A stretch of 63,943 bases of DNA, counting the filler, from Sphacelaria rigidula (taxonomy: Eukaryota), in NCBI GenBank assembly GCA_964200075.2. It is 8 parts of 8 records of this genome, joined end to end, with 100 filler letters (N's around TTAATTAATTAA, not from the genome) between each part and the next. Parts side by side here need not be neighbours in the genome. Positions count along the whole stretch, not along the records: positions 1 to 7,906 come from CAXNAA020013020.1; positions 8,007 to 15,912 come from CAXNAA020013021.1; 6 more parts are not named here. The stretch is one strand, 5' to 3'. Both the position numbers and the translations under genes were made by a program. This document shows positions 1 through 10,330 of the stretch, piece after piece (within the stretch, counting starts at the first letter, position 1; each line of letters opens with the position of its first letter). Under the pieces are notes generated by a model. That model ran no database searches and was not told the DNA's origin. It worked only from the letters and a program-made list of their open reading frames with translations.

Positions 1-899
1 TATTGGGCAAACTGGCGGGGGTCGGCAAGCACAGATTTTTTTTTTTGTATTTTTGTTCAGCGACCAATCTCAAAACCTTGCAAGGGTCCGACAAATAATG
101 TTTCGTCTAGAAATTACTTGGTTTTAGTATGATGAGTCGACTCGTGACGAATCAATCCCTAGGCGTTATATCAGCGCTGCAACCCAGGTACACGCAGCCC
201 AGACATGTGGAATGGCGCAGAAGTTGCGTGGATACTCCTTGGATCAGCGATCAACTAATTTCTCCCTTCTGGGCAATCAGGCCGAAGAAATGGCGAATTT
301 GGTGATTTTGAGCCGTGATGATTTGCCCTGAACGTAAAGCCTTGGAGCCAAGCAAATCCGAAAAGTGGGCTACTAGGCTACTCTCTGTGGGGTGATGCGA
401 AGTGTCCAAGACGCGTGTTGGTGGTTTTCCTTGTTTGGGGGTCAAACGTCCCAAGAGTGAACCGTGGGCCAAAAATCCGTGTGCCTCAACATCCGGCCTC
501 AGTAACAACGGTCTGCCTGGGCCATCAGGTGATGATGATATAAATACTGCCTTTTCCTTCCATCACTTGACCCTTTGTTGGAGAAATAAATGGAGGCTTG
601 GGCGGAAACGAAACTGCGACCAGCAGGAAACACTAAGTTTCCATGGAACGGTCTCAGCGTGTGGAACACGTCATCTCAAGGCATCAGTATCCACCTAGAG
701 TAGTCACTCTTTTTTCGGACGTGAAACAACGGAAAATGATGCAAAAAAAGGCTGATTTACCAGAAATTCAAATCTGCTCCCGTGAGGATTACTGGCCTCT
801 ATATCCAGTTTCGAGTCAAAGGTGGGGGTATCGATCGTTTCTCGTTTCCCTGTTCTCCAAGGAATGTCCGCCACGCCTAAAATCATCCATCATACCTCC

Positions 900-1600
900 T
901 TACTATCTATCGAACCCGTGGTCACATATGTAGACTCATCTTGTGTAAAGGCGCGCCCATCTCCGTACGGTACAGGAACAATGAGACATGGTATTGAATC
1001 CACGATAAAAAATTTGGCACAGACGTTGAGCAGCATGTGTATTTTCCTCCCCATACGTTCAACATGATGTGAGTCCTCCCATGATGATGACCCCCCGCTC
1101 GGAACGGCATAGAATAGCCACGAAGAACACGCTGATAAAGAGCCTCATTCAGTATAACGGTTCATGCTGCATGCAGCACCTCAAATGGACGATCGTCGCG
1201 GAAACGAACCCAAGCGTGAAAATCCATGGCTACTCGTCGAGCTACGTTTCAATTTCGTTTACCCTGGCCAGCCACGTTTTTTTTCGGGGGGAGGGGAAGT
1301 ACTATCGTAGAAAGTGCCATTAGCGAATTACGGCCCAGTTCGTCCGTGTCGACGAGATCGTGTCTTTGTGAGCTCCGGTCCTCTTCCAGGCTGGACAAGC
1401 CTAGCCGCAACTGGAGCGTCCGCTCAGAGCAGTACCTCATCGACACAGATGAGTTCAACCGTCTTCAGCAATTCGTATTGGGTGTGTGATGAAGCAAAGG
1501 GTGTCCTGCTGTCTGGACCACTATTTTCTCGAGACCTCATGTTCCATGGGTATTACAGTACTCCAGTACAAAGACAGCGTCAATACCGAGGTCTACATCA
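900..1600 (-). mobile_element. Possible very degenerate Gypsy pol relic
   Basis: LYQRVLRGYSMPFRAGGHHHGRT resembles the integrase His-His zinc region; other motifs are too eroded to confirm. Confidence 0.25.
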
Positions 1601-2593
1601 AAACGTCACGTTGGAGTCATCACGAATTCCCCTGATGTTCTCAATGAAGAGTCATCTGCGTGGGAACGTGCCTCTTGTCTAGAACTTTTCTCAGACTTTG
1701 GACCGTTGATCCAAACCAAATATTGGAGGGGCCGAATCACGAGACGGTGTTTCAACACGTCTGAACAAGTATAGTGCGCGACTCGAAGGTCTGAGAAATC
1801 GCCCGAACCCTTTGTCGGCGTATACAACGACCGAGAAGGATCAAAGACGAAAAGCGCCCACGACAATGAAGTGGTGAAGGTGAAGACTTTCCTTGGGGCA
1901 TTTCCACCCGTTGAAGTTTCACGGCTGATGGACGAGGAATTTTCTTCATCCACTCGAAGTTCACCGGCGTGCGTCAGGATATCTCGAGACTATACTTGAA
2001 GTTATGATCATTCCGAGGCTACAGGCTTCGAGTATCAGAGTAATATTTTTCTCGGGATTAACATTGCTGAGTCAAACTCACAGTTTCAGTGTCTAGTGGG
2101 ACAAAATTTGGGAACAACCTCCTCCCAAGTTGAAGAAAAGTCAACAGCACGAAAAAGCCGCGCCAAGTCGGTATCATGAGGGGGGAATTCCTGTAGACAG
2201 CATCAGGAAAAGTTGTGTGCGGAAAAACCCACACCAGCACTGGGCGGGTTGAGCGAAAGTAAGAACTCACTTGCTCAACCTCAGCGATGTGCGCTGCAGT
2301 GATGAAGTGAGTGTCACGACAGTCATTACGTCATTTCAAGTTCAAGTACATCCCGAGTTACTTTTTCTTAGTATTTCCTTTGTGGGCATCGAACGCCGGC
2401 GACAGCTCTGTCTCCACATCTCCTTGACGACATCTCGACAATATCAGCGCGTCGTGAACTAGAGACGGTATCTCGTTGCTCATCTGGACTGAAAATCAAT
2501 CAACCACGACACGCAGGTGCGTGAACACTCGATAGCCATCGATAGCGGCGCAAGGCGTACCCCAGACGCAGCAGCGAGAAATCCATGTGCGGT

Positions 2594-2675
2594 TTACGCC
2601 TTCTTTTTCTTTTGCTTCTCAAGCAACACCTGCTTCACGATCTTTTGCTCCTCAATCAAAAAGGCGCGCACGATC
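2594..2675 (-). CDS. RPL34: 60S ribosomal protein L34, coding exon 3 (last)
   Basis: GGCAG acceptor; (R)IVRAFLIEEQKIVKQVLLEKQKKKKA-TAA, the conserved eL34 C-terminal helix; phases of all three exons join into an intact 117-aa protein. Confidence 0.97.
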
Positions 2676-3418
2676 CTGCCAACACATTACATGAAGAAGA
2701 CGAACACGGGAAAAAAAAGGAACTTTTTACGTGTCGAGCTCAGCGTAAAAACAGCATATGGGACGGGGCGGGGGGCAATAGTGACTTTACTCGGCTCGAG
2801 TTGGCCGTAGGCAAGGACCCGAGCGCAGGTGGACCGAGATGAACTATGGCACCTCGGGGGTTCAGAACAGCTCTTTCTCGCTACACAATATGCTGTTCTT
2901 CGTAATCATGTGGATGCTGGACATTCATGTTAAAAATAGTTCCGGACAACTTTTTGCAAGCTGCTGATGCTCAGTGTTCAACACTGCGGTGTCAATCTAT
3001 GATGGTAACACACGTAGCTACAGGATGTTGCGAACTTCAACAGCAACTCAAAGCGAACGGCGGTGATCAAGCCTTTCGCGTGCATGAGGCGCCGAAAAGT
3101 CGGGACGCTCCGTGCAATTCGGCTGGAGACAAGTGTGGACACTCACATCTAATCGGATATGTAACGCTTTGGATCACTGGCAGACTGACCCGCAGCAACA
3201 CGTACACGGGATTCAAGTATTGATGAAATCCACAGCATCAATGCCAACTCTGATTATGTAGGACACAAGTTCACCTGTAGTTTCACGAATGGTTATTTTA
3301 CTCGTTGGATTTATCAACTTCCGTCGCACACCGCCATCGTGAGGAATTGCATCACCACTCATGATACTGTTTCCATGTCAACTTATTCCCATTTCCAGTC
3401 CCGCGCACGGAAACTCAC

Positions 3419-3522
3419 CGCTGTCGCAGACATCCCCCGCACAGAGCTCCTCCGTAGGTACGGGAAACGGTCTTTTCGCGGTTCTTGAGGTTCTTGTATT
3501 GCTTGGGGCGCAGGTGCTTGAT
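3419..3522 (-). CDS. RPL34: 60S ribosomal protein L34, coding exon 2
   Basis: TTTCAG acceptor; IKHLRPKQYKNLKNREKTVSRTYGGALCGGCLRQ(R) matches the eL34 KTVSRxYGGxxCxxC motif; GTGAGT donor at 3418, phase 2. Confidence 0.97.
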
Positions 3523-4578
3523 CTGAAAGAGATTGAGGTGTGCGTTCGCCATTTTCAAGCGCACGGAGGATTTTAATGGATCAGCAAATGTGCCCCATGA
3601 TGGTGAGACTGATGCCCTCAAAAAGATTAGTAAGGCCAGAAACGGGTCATATGCGTCGTCTTAAAAGTCGGCAACCTAGGCAGGGTCGTCATTTGTACAG
3701 TGGAAGAAATTAGCCACGCAGGATTACGTGGCGATACCAAATATCAGCTACGGCTCAGTTCTACTTTGGAGCGGGGGAATGAAGATGCGGGAACTAGCGT
3801 CCCGCTCGCCTTCGGCGAGTACTTGAGCTCCGTGTCCTTGAAGGGAATTACATCACGCAAAGAATATTAAAACAACTTCCACGCTTTCCGCATGTGGATA
3901 CTGTCGGTGGACAACGAAGTGATATTGAGGTTTGGAGGTACAAAAAACAAACTGTACAAATAAGCAGTCACTCCGTGGTCACCTCACTGCTGGCGACAAA
4001 TGCCGACATTTCTCATCACACGTGCGGCAACGGGACAAAGAAGGCACCAACACTTCGGATGACGAGAAGTCGATGGCGAACGTCTTTAAGGTTGTGTCCA
4101 CGCCGCAAGTAAAACACATTCCAAATATCGGGACATCGAAGTGTGATCGACCTCACTCGGGTAAACCGCCAGTATTCAGGTTAGCGATGTCTTGCGCAGA
4201 CACTCAAAAATAAAAGAGCTGATTTGCAGAAATTTTCAACTACAAGAAAATCACGTGGAAACTGTTTTTTTTTTTTATATATATATATGTGCAGCAACAT
4301 GCCGACACTCCCCTAATATTAACCGATACTCAGAGACGTGAAAGTTGTTCGCCAGAGCCATGTGCGGCGGAACCATCGTGATTCCACTTTTGCTTTCACC
4401 TCAAGGATACATTATGAATCATCGCTAACTCCGAGCACAGTTGACAGTACCTTGACTTCCACTGCACCTCAAGAGACATCCCTCGCTACGGATAATCAAG
4501 GCGTTCCTGCTGTCACAACTAGTGCAAACGTGATATTTCATCCTTGTCGGAAATATCCATCGTCGGTTTGTGGGTCTC

Positions 4579-4857
4579 GACCCTTTTGGGACCGGATTCC
4601 CGGATACGGTGTTTGCACGTAAGGGCTTTCTCGTGAATCGCATCATCTTTACTTGGAAACGAGGGACGATGATACCGAATATAAAGAACCCTGCATGGAA
4701 ACACACGCCGTCATTTGGCCACCTCCAAAGGAATCAAACGCCTCCGGAGGCTTGTTCACCACCTGGAGGGCCGCACATTCCTCCGGAGGCATTTTGGGGT
4801 GTAGCCGAATGGCCGCGTGTGACCAAGTTTTTTGGGAGTTCGGTCCCAAAAGGGTCA
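4579..4857. mobile_element. Nested MITEs in RPL34 intron 1
   Basis: Outer TIR GACCCTTTTGGGACCG / CGGTCCCAAAAGGGTC encloses a CACACG-TIR element at 4702-4821. Confidence 0.7.
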
Positions 4858-5711
4858 ATGGGTAAAGTTATGACGCAACTTTTGAATGATAGGTGGTTGA
4901 ATTTTCTTTTGTGAAAAAATGATTCGTGGTTCTCCTTTTTGTCGAGTCCCGGGGCTGATTCGTGTCTGCTCTACAGAAGAGTGACTCGAAAACTTACAAT
5001 ATTCTCGATGGGCCCCGTGGATCTACGATGGTGTACAGATGCACCCTCGCGTCGAAGATTTCAATTGGGTGTCCGCACCCTGTAAATGAGATTTTGAGCG
5101 ATCTTGTTGGGGGATATATTCGCAACTCGGGGATGTTCTACACATTGCGGATAGAATGAACGTTTCGTCAAGACGGCATCCGTGCTCGTGAACTGTCCCT
5201 GTACCAACAACACCTTCAACATTTTGGGGACGTACGCGAGGGACGGTTATTTCTCATGGATAATGATCATCTTGATGTTCCATGTCGCATGAATACACCG
5301 TGCGAGTCCGACGCGAAATAACATCGCCGGTACAACACGGCATGATGGCACCACAACTGCGTATCCTCCAGATACTACTGCACTCTGACTTCCGTGGCCG
5401 GTTTCGTTCGTGCAACCAACGGTGTGGTCATCACTGGCTCAGGGGTACCGGGACTTACGATATTTGATTCGTCACACAATCATAACTCATTTCACTTCAC
5501 GAGGAAAATCGAATTAACTCACACAACGCTCTGAATCAAGCGCAGCTTTTGCGACAGTGACGACAGGGCAGCACGATGAGGAATATACCATAATAGGAGT
5601 ACGGGCTAGTATTTCCTTCGCCTTTCGACATCGAATCGCTTTCACGATAAGAAATTTTTGTTTCTTCATTTGCAGACAACAGCTGTCAATAACTTGTAGA
5701 AGATCACTTAC

Positions 5712-5879
5712 CCCAGGCAGCGAGATGCCGCAGTCCCCACAACGAGGTCCCTTCGCGGTCTTTTGGCGGAAGTGCGCCACCAGCCTGCCGCCGGGCGTCT
5801 TGACCACCTTCGTCTTGTTAGACTTGGTGTGGAAGGCATGGCGCCGAGAGTAGGTTACGCGCCCGTCCCCGCGAACCAT
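5712..5879 (-). CDS. RPL34: 60S ribosomal protein L34 (eL34), coding exon 1
   Basis: ATG at 5879-5877; 56 codons MVRGDGRVTYSRRHAFHTKSNKTKVVKTPGGRLV...GPRCGDCGISLPG carrying the eL34 RxTY/SN/KTPGG/CxxC signature; GTAAGT donor at 5711, phase 0. Confidence 0.97.
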
Positions 5880-6189
5880 CTATCCGGCGCGTTTGGTGAC
5901 AACAGTACGCAGGCAGTGAGTGCGGTGAGCAACATGGGTCAGCGAAGTGTGTTTCATCCATTCTGGGCGCCAGCCTTGACCTTTGGTATACGTGAGCGCA
6001 CCAACCGAGGTCACACAGGATGGACGCGAACACGGCAGTTTTTTTTTCTTCCACACCTTCCTTTTGCGGTGATTGCCTTCATTCCTTATTGCGAAGGGGT
6101 TCCGCAGTCTCCTTCCTTTGTTGACTACTGAGTCGGATTAGGTGTCCTCAAGACTTGGTCGCTCTCCCGTGTTGGGCTTCGTGTGAGGA

Positions 6190-6275
6190 AAAAATCAAAA
6201 AGCGCTTCGAGATTCGAACCCACAACCCAATCGTCATGACGTTTCGAGGTCATTAACTGAGCCATGCGGGCGTAC
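6190..6275 (-). mobile_element. tRNA-derived SINE head upstream of RPL34
   Basis: A-box-like TGGCTCAGTTAA and B box GGTTCGAATC followed by a T-run; no complete cloverleaf. Confidence 0.5.
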
Positions 6276-7799
6276 GATGGGAAAATACGGGCAAGTACAA
6301 CCGGCAGCCACATCAAAACTTCGTTTCAAGCACACGGTCAACAGAGCCGCCCTCTGCACAGCGACGCACAGTGATGGTTGCAATTTGTCGCACCCCATGC
6401 GGCACACCGAGACGGCGGTGTGGTCTACCGTATACCGTTGTAGTATAGACAGTCCTAACTAACGTGCTCGATTACGTTTTCAGAGAGCCAAAAGTGTCGT
6501 TACTTTCCTCGATTTCGGCCTCGTCGCGAACATGACATCGTATCGGCAAATCAATGATGTTCTACCCCGTATTCCAGGAGCAAGAATTGTACTAGCAGAT
6601 GAAAGGCGAAATGGTTTTCAGAAATGAAAGTCACTGAAGTGACACGGGCAATGAGTAAGAGGCACGGCTCTGCCACTCATGCTCCACCAGCCGTACCATC
6701 AACGGGGGGAAGGGGGTGGTATTCACAGATTTTTAGACGTGTATCGACGATGGAGGCAATCGACAATGTTTGCGTGGGATACACGAAACACAGACAGACA
6801 GACAGGCACACGCGAGTCTCAAATTTGACTGTCACTCAGCACCGGCTATACGTGCTCCTCCCATCACACCTTCCTCGTACGAAATGCCAATTGCCCCTTA
6901 CTGAGCTCGTGTTCGACGACCGACCGTCGTGGTTTTCAATAGCAATCTGGTGGTCAGAGGAAAAACACCCGCACAAATCTACAACAAACACAACGAATAC
7001 ACACCCGCGCTACATACAAAACAGGCAGTACAAAGCGTAACGATGAGCTTCACAAGACATGGAAATCACCCACGTGTATATCAAACGCTCACTTTCGTCA
7101 GTCCAGCCCGGCTCTGTCCGCCCAGGAAATGTGACGGCCATCCACACACCAAAACACAGCACGTGCATCGTAACAAGGCGTTTCATTGCCGATAGTGGAT
7201 AGGGGACATATAAACGCCTCCACATTTACATAAACTCGGTGAGATTGGGACGAAGACCAAAGTCGGCAGCCGAGGCACATGGGAAAGGACGCCCAGTGGT
7301 GTGTACTAGAGGTAAGAGGTCATGAGTATTGACTGTTGTTTCGTTCTCTGTGCTTGGAGTGGGCATATGTGCATGTTCTGTTCCCTCTTCCTCTCTTGAC
7401 TGACGTTCTCTATTCTTCGAGTCAACAAACGGTATTTAGTGCAGAAAACAGTACCGCTCAGTACTCACAGACAACAGTAGTACACTCAGTAAAAGCCCTG
7501 TACTAACTGTTGTGAGTACAGTACCGTCCCGAACCAGTTCTTCAAAGTACAATAATAGTGAAATAACGTTTCAAATTTGCAAGAGCCTTGACTGCTGATT
7601 TGCAGTTTTGCTGCAACATATAGGCACGTGTCTCCACTATCTGTTCGAGTGAGAGTGGGCTTGCCCTGATTCTCATTAAAAACGCATGGAAAACGGGTCG
7701 GTAAGTCTATCGTTTATCGCGTAATCACCACCCGGTATGTCTACACGCGTCTGTATAATGCAAGACTGAAGCTGTCCTACCGATGTGCTGTTGAAAACG

Positions 7800-7844
<45 letters not shown>

Positions 7845-7906
7845 TGGTTTTTCCTTCCCTCTTCTTCTACCGCGGGCCGTGTTTCTCCTGTTTTCCCCCC
7901 CCCCCC

Positions 7907-8006
7907 NNNNNNNNNNNNNNNNNNNNNNNNNNNNNNNNNNNNNNNNNNNNTTAATTAATTAANNNNNNNNNNNNNNNNNNNNNNNNNNNNNNNNNNNNNN
8001 NNNNNN
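7907..8006. other. Artificial contig linker (identical linkers at 15913-16012, 23919-24018, 31924-32023, 39929-40028, 47934-48033, 55939-56038)
   Basis: 44 N + TTAATTAATTAA (stops in all six frames) + 44 N, recurring every 8005-8006 nt. Confidence 0.99.
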
Positions 8007-8535
8007 TAGGTCAGGGAAAGCACGGCTTTTGAGTTGAACCTCATTTGTTTTTCAACCCCATTTTCGAGAATCGGCTGTTAGATGGACACGAATTTGTCCG
8101 CACAAACACAGGCCATCACATCCCAAATGCACCATTGATCTTAATCGCCTTCACAGTGCATTTCCCACGCCGAATATTCCGCATTTCTTGCACCACATCC
8201 ACAATAAACCCAGACGCGTGGTTTCCCACGTCCATCATATTGCACTCACAATTGATTCAAATGCATTTTCTGGCGCATAGACAGCTCATCACACCCTATG
8301 CGATGGGAGTGTGACGGAACTGCTGTCCAGGTACGCCCTTCCTCCCCCCCCTCAACCCCTGGAGTTGGCATCGGTTGGCAACGCCGCTGTTAAACATGCC
8401 ACTCACTGTAAGCTAGGCAACCAGGTTACCGATTTTTTTGCGCTTTCACTTTTCTCGAGGTAACCATGATGGTGGTCCAGCTAGTTCATATTGCACAGGT
8501 AGATATTTCGCTCTGGCCGCAAGGCTGCACATGGT

Positions 8536-8640
8536 GGAGGGTGTGTGGAGGGTCGCCACAGGGGGTTCTGGACGTTTAGAGGGTGTGTAGAGGGTCGCCG
8601 CGGGGGGTTCTGGACCTTGAGAGGGTCGTTAGAGGGTCTC
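8536..8640. repeat. ~42-bp minisatellite, ~2.5 copies
   Basis: GAGGGTGTGT.GAGGGTCGCC.C.GGGGGTTCTGGAC repeated. Confidence 0.8.
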
Positions 8641-8769
8641 TACCCGTGGAAGGCGTTCCGAGGGTGTAGCACAGTGACAGCGTGTGATGTGCAGGGTGGG
8701 AGAACCCCAACTCCGCGCAAAGGGGATGGTCGCGCTATTTTACATGGTGTTGAAATATTGAGACACCCA

Positions 8770-9045
8770 TGAGGCATTGTAGAACCCGTGTCTCTCGAGA
8801 AGTGGCGATACCAGAGAATGAAGCAACTCATTGGCGGCTGTCATCCACACATACGACAATCAGCATGCTTTCAGGCCAAACAATCTCAGGAAGATGCAGG
8901 TCATCCTTCATGCGACTCGCCGAACACATCACGGCGCTTCGAGCTTGATTATTCATTGCGAGTCCCGCAAAAACTCGATGTGCTCCGTCCCGGCTTCGTA
9001 GGGTCAGATAACTATGGCATACAAGATCATGAGTACACCTCCCCC
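8770..9045 (+). repeat. Dispersed high-copy repeat family (also 15810-15912, 16013-16410, 25375-25500, 39770-39928)
   Basis: Shared blocks GTGGCGATACCA..AAGCAACTCATTG..GCTGTCATCCA..CTTCATGCGACTCGCC..GTGCTCCGTCCCGGCTT..GATCATGAGTACACC across four contigs. Confidence 0.9.
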
Positions 9046-10029
9046 CACCCTATGGGGTTGGTTTCGGTTGCCAACGGCGGTTCAAAACACGCCACTCACT
9101 GCGGAAGCTAGGCGACCAGGTTAACGTTTCTTGCGATAGCCGTGGTGGTGGCCCAGTTATAACATATTGTGCGGGGTGGGGAACCTCAACTCCAGTGCAC
9201 ATCTTGAGTATCCATATCATACACATATACGCACACTCCTCGCGTATCCGACACACGAAGTGACGGTACACGTACCGCATGAAAATACAACCACAGTCTA
9301 CAAGAGACGGTGTAGTGTCGTGCCGGACTTCCTGATTCTTGCATACCGGGGACAGCGTGGGTGGGCCTAGCAAGCCGAGCGGTTGCTGTCATTCTGCAGT
9401 TCATCTGTAGAGTACGTGCGGAGCAGTTCTGTGTTGCCCCATAACCTAACTCTGAAATTTTACACAGCATCCATGGCCTATGTGGATACTGTTATCATAT
9501 ATCTACCTTCGATCGCCACAAGCGGCCACAGGCGCGCCGGCGCTCCGGCCGAACTTGGTTGGTTTAGATACTGTCACCTACGGTTCGAGCCATTTTCTAC
9601 ACTCCCAGTCTACACAATCATCATCATCTTTCACTGACAACATTAACCTTAATCATGTTCCAATATACCGATGTCACTTGACATGAACATGTGAACCCAT
9701 GTGCAGCAACGGAGGCACCTCTCGTGAGAACGCGTATCGGGTGTGAAGAGAGGCGAATATCACATATTGCGAAGATTCTTCATCTGGTCGATCTGATTCC
9801 ACAGATTGTGACGCCATGGAGTCTGTGTCGGAGGTGAACAGGGAGGCAACGGTTTCTGTGCGCGAGAAAGCCCGCAGCAAGAATGATGAGTGGGCGCGGA
9901 GCACGGGTTCCGCGCCGACAGACCGGAGAGAGCCGCCGGGTTTCACCGGGGAGTTGTTCGCCTCGCCTGGTGAATCTTTACCTTGTGCTGGCCGCCATAG
10001 GGTAACGAGGGGGCCCGTGAAGGTATGCT

Positions 10030-10330
10030 ATGCCTCAATCCCACGAGTATGGGAGTTTGCACGACAGGAGGAGTTCGCCACGCACCGGTACCTAGATCTT
10101 TTGCGGACCTGCATCGGTTGATGCTTGATTGTTTCGGTCCTCTGGCTAATAACGGTGATGTACCTATTTGTTTTTGCCAAGCCATGAAGCTAAACCCAAC
10201 CCACACTCCAACAGCAGAAAGATCGAGTATCTTCGGGCAAGGGAGACGCATATAATGACAATTTCAGTGCGTTATAGTTTGGGCTGAAGTCGGGGCCTGC
10301 CGGTGTCTGCCAACGCGTTCTGGGCACGAT
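10030..10330 (+). mobile_element. Very degenerate Gypsy-like RT fragment
   Basis: RSFADLHRL (RFCVDYRxL-like) followed ~200 nt later by FGLKSGPA..CQR (PFGLKxAPAxFQR-like). Confidence 0.35.

Noticed and set aside
4012..4019. Perfect C box (GTGATGA, minus strand) in RPL34 intron 1
   Set aside because: No CTGA D box within ~250 nt downstream
7951..7962. Regularly spaced TTAATTAATTAA palindromes
   Set aside because: Synthetic six-frame-stop linker embedded in N runs, not a genomic motif or piggyBac site
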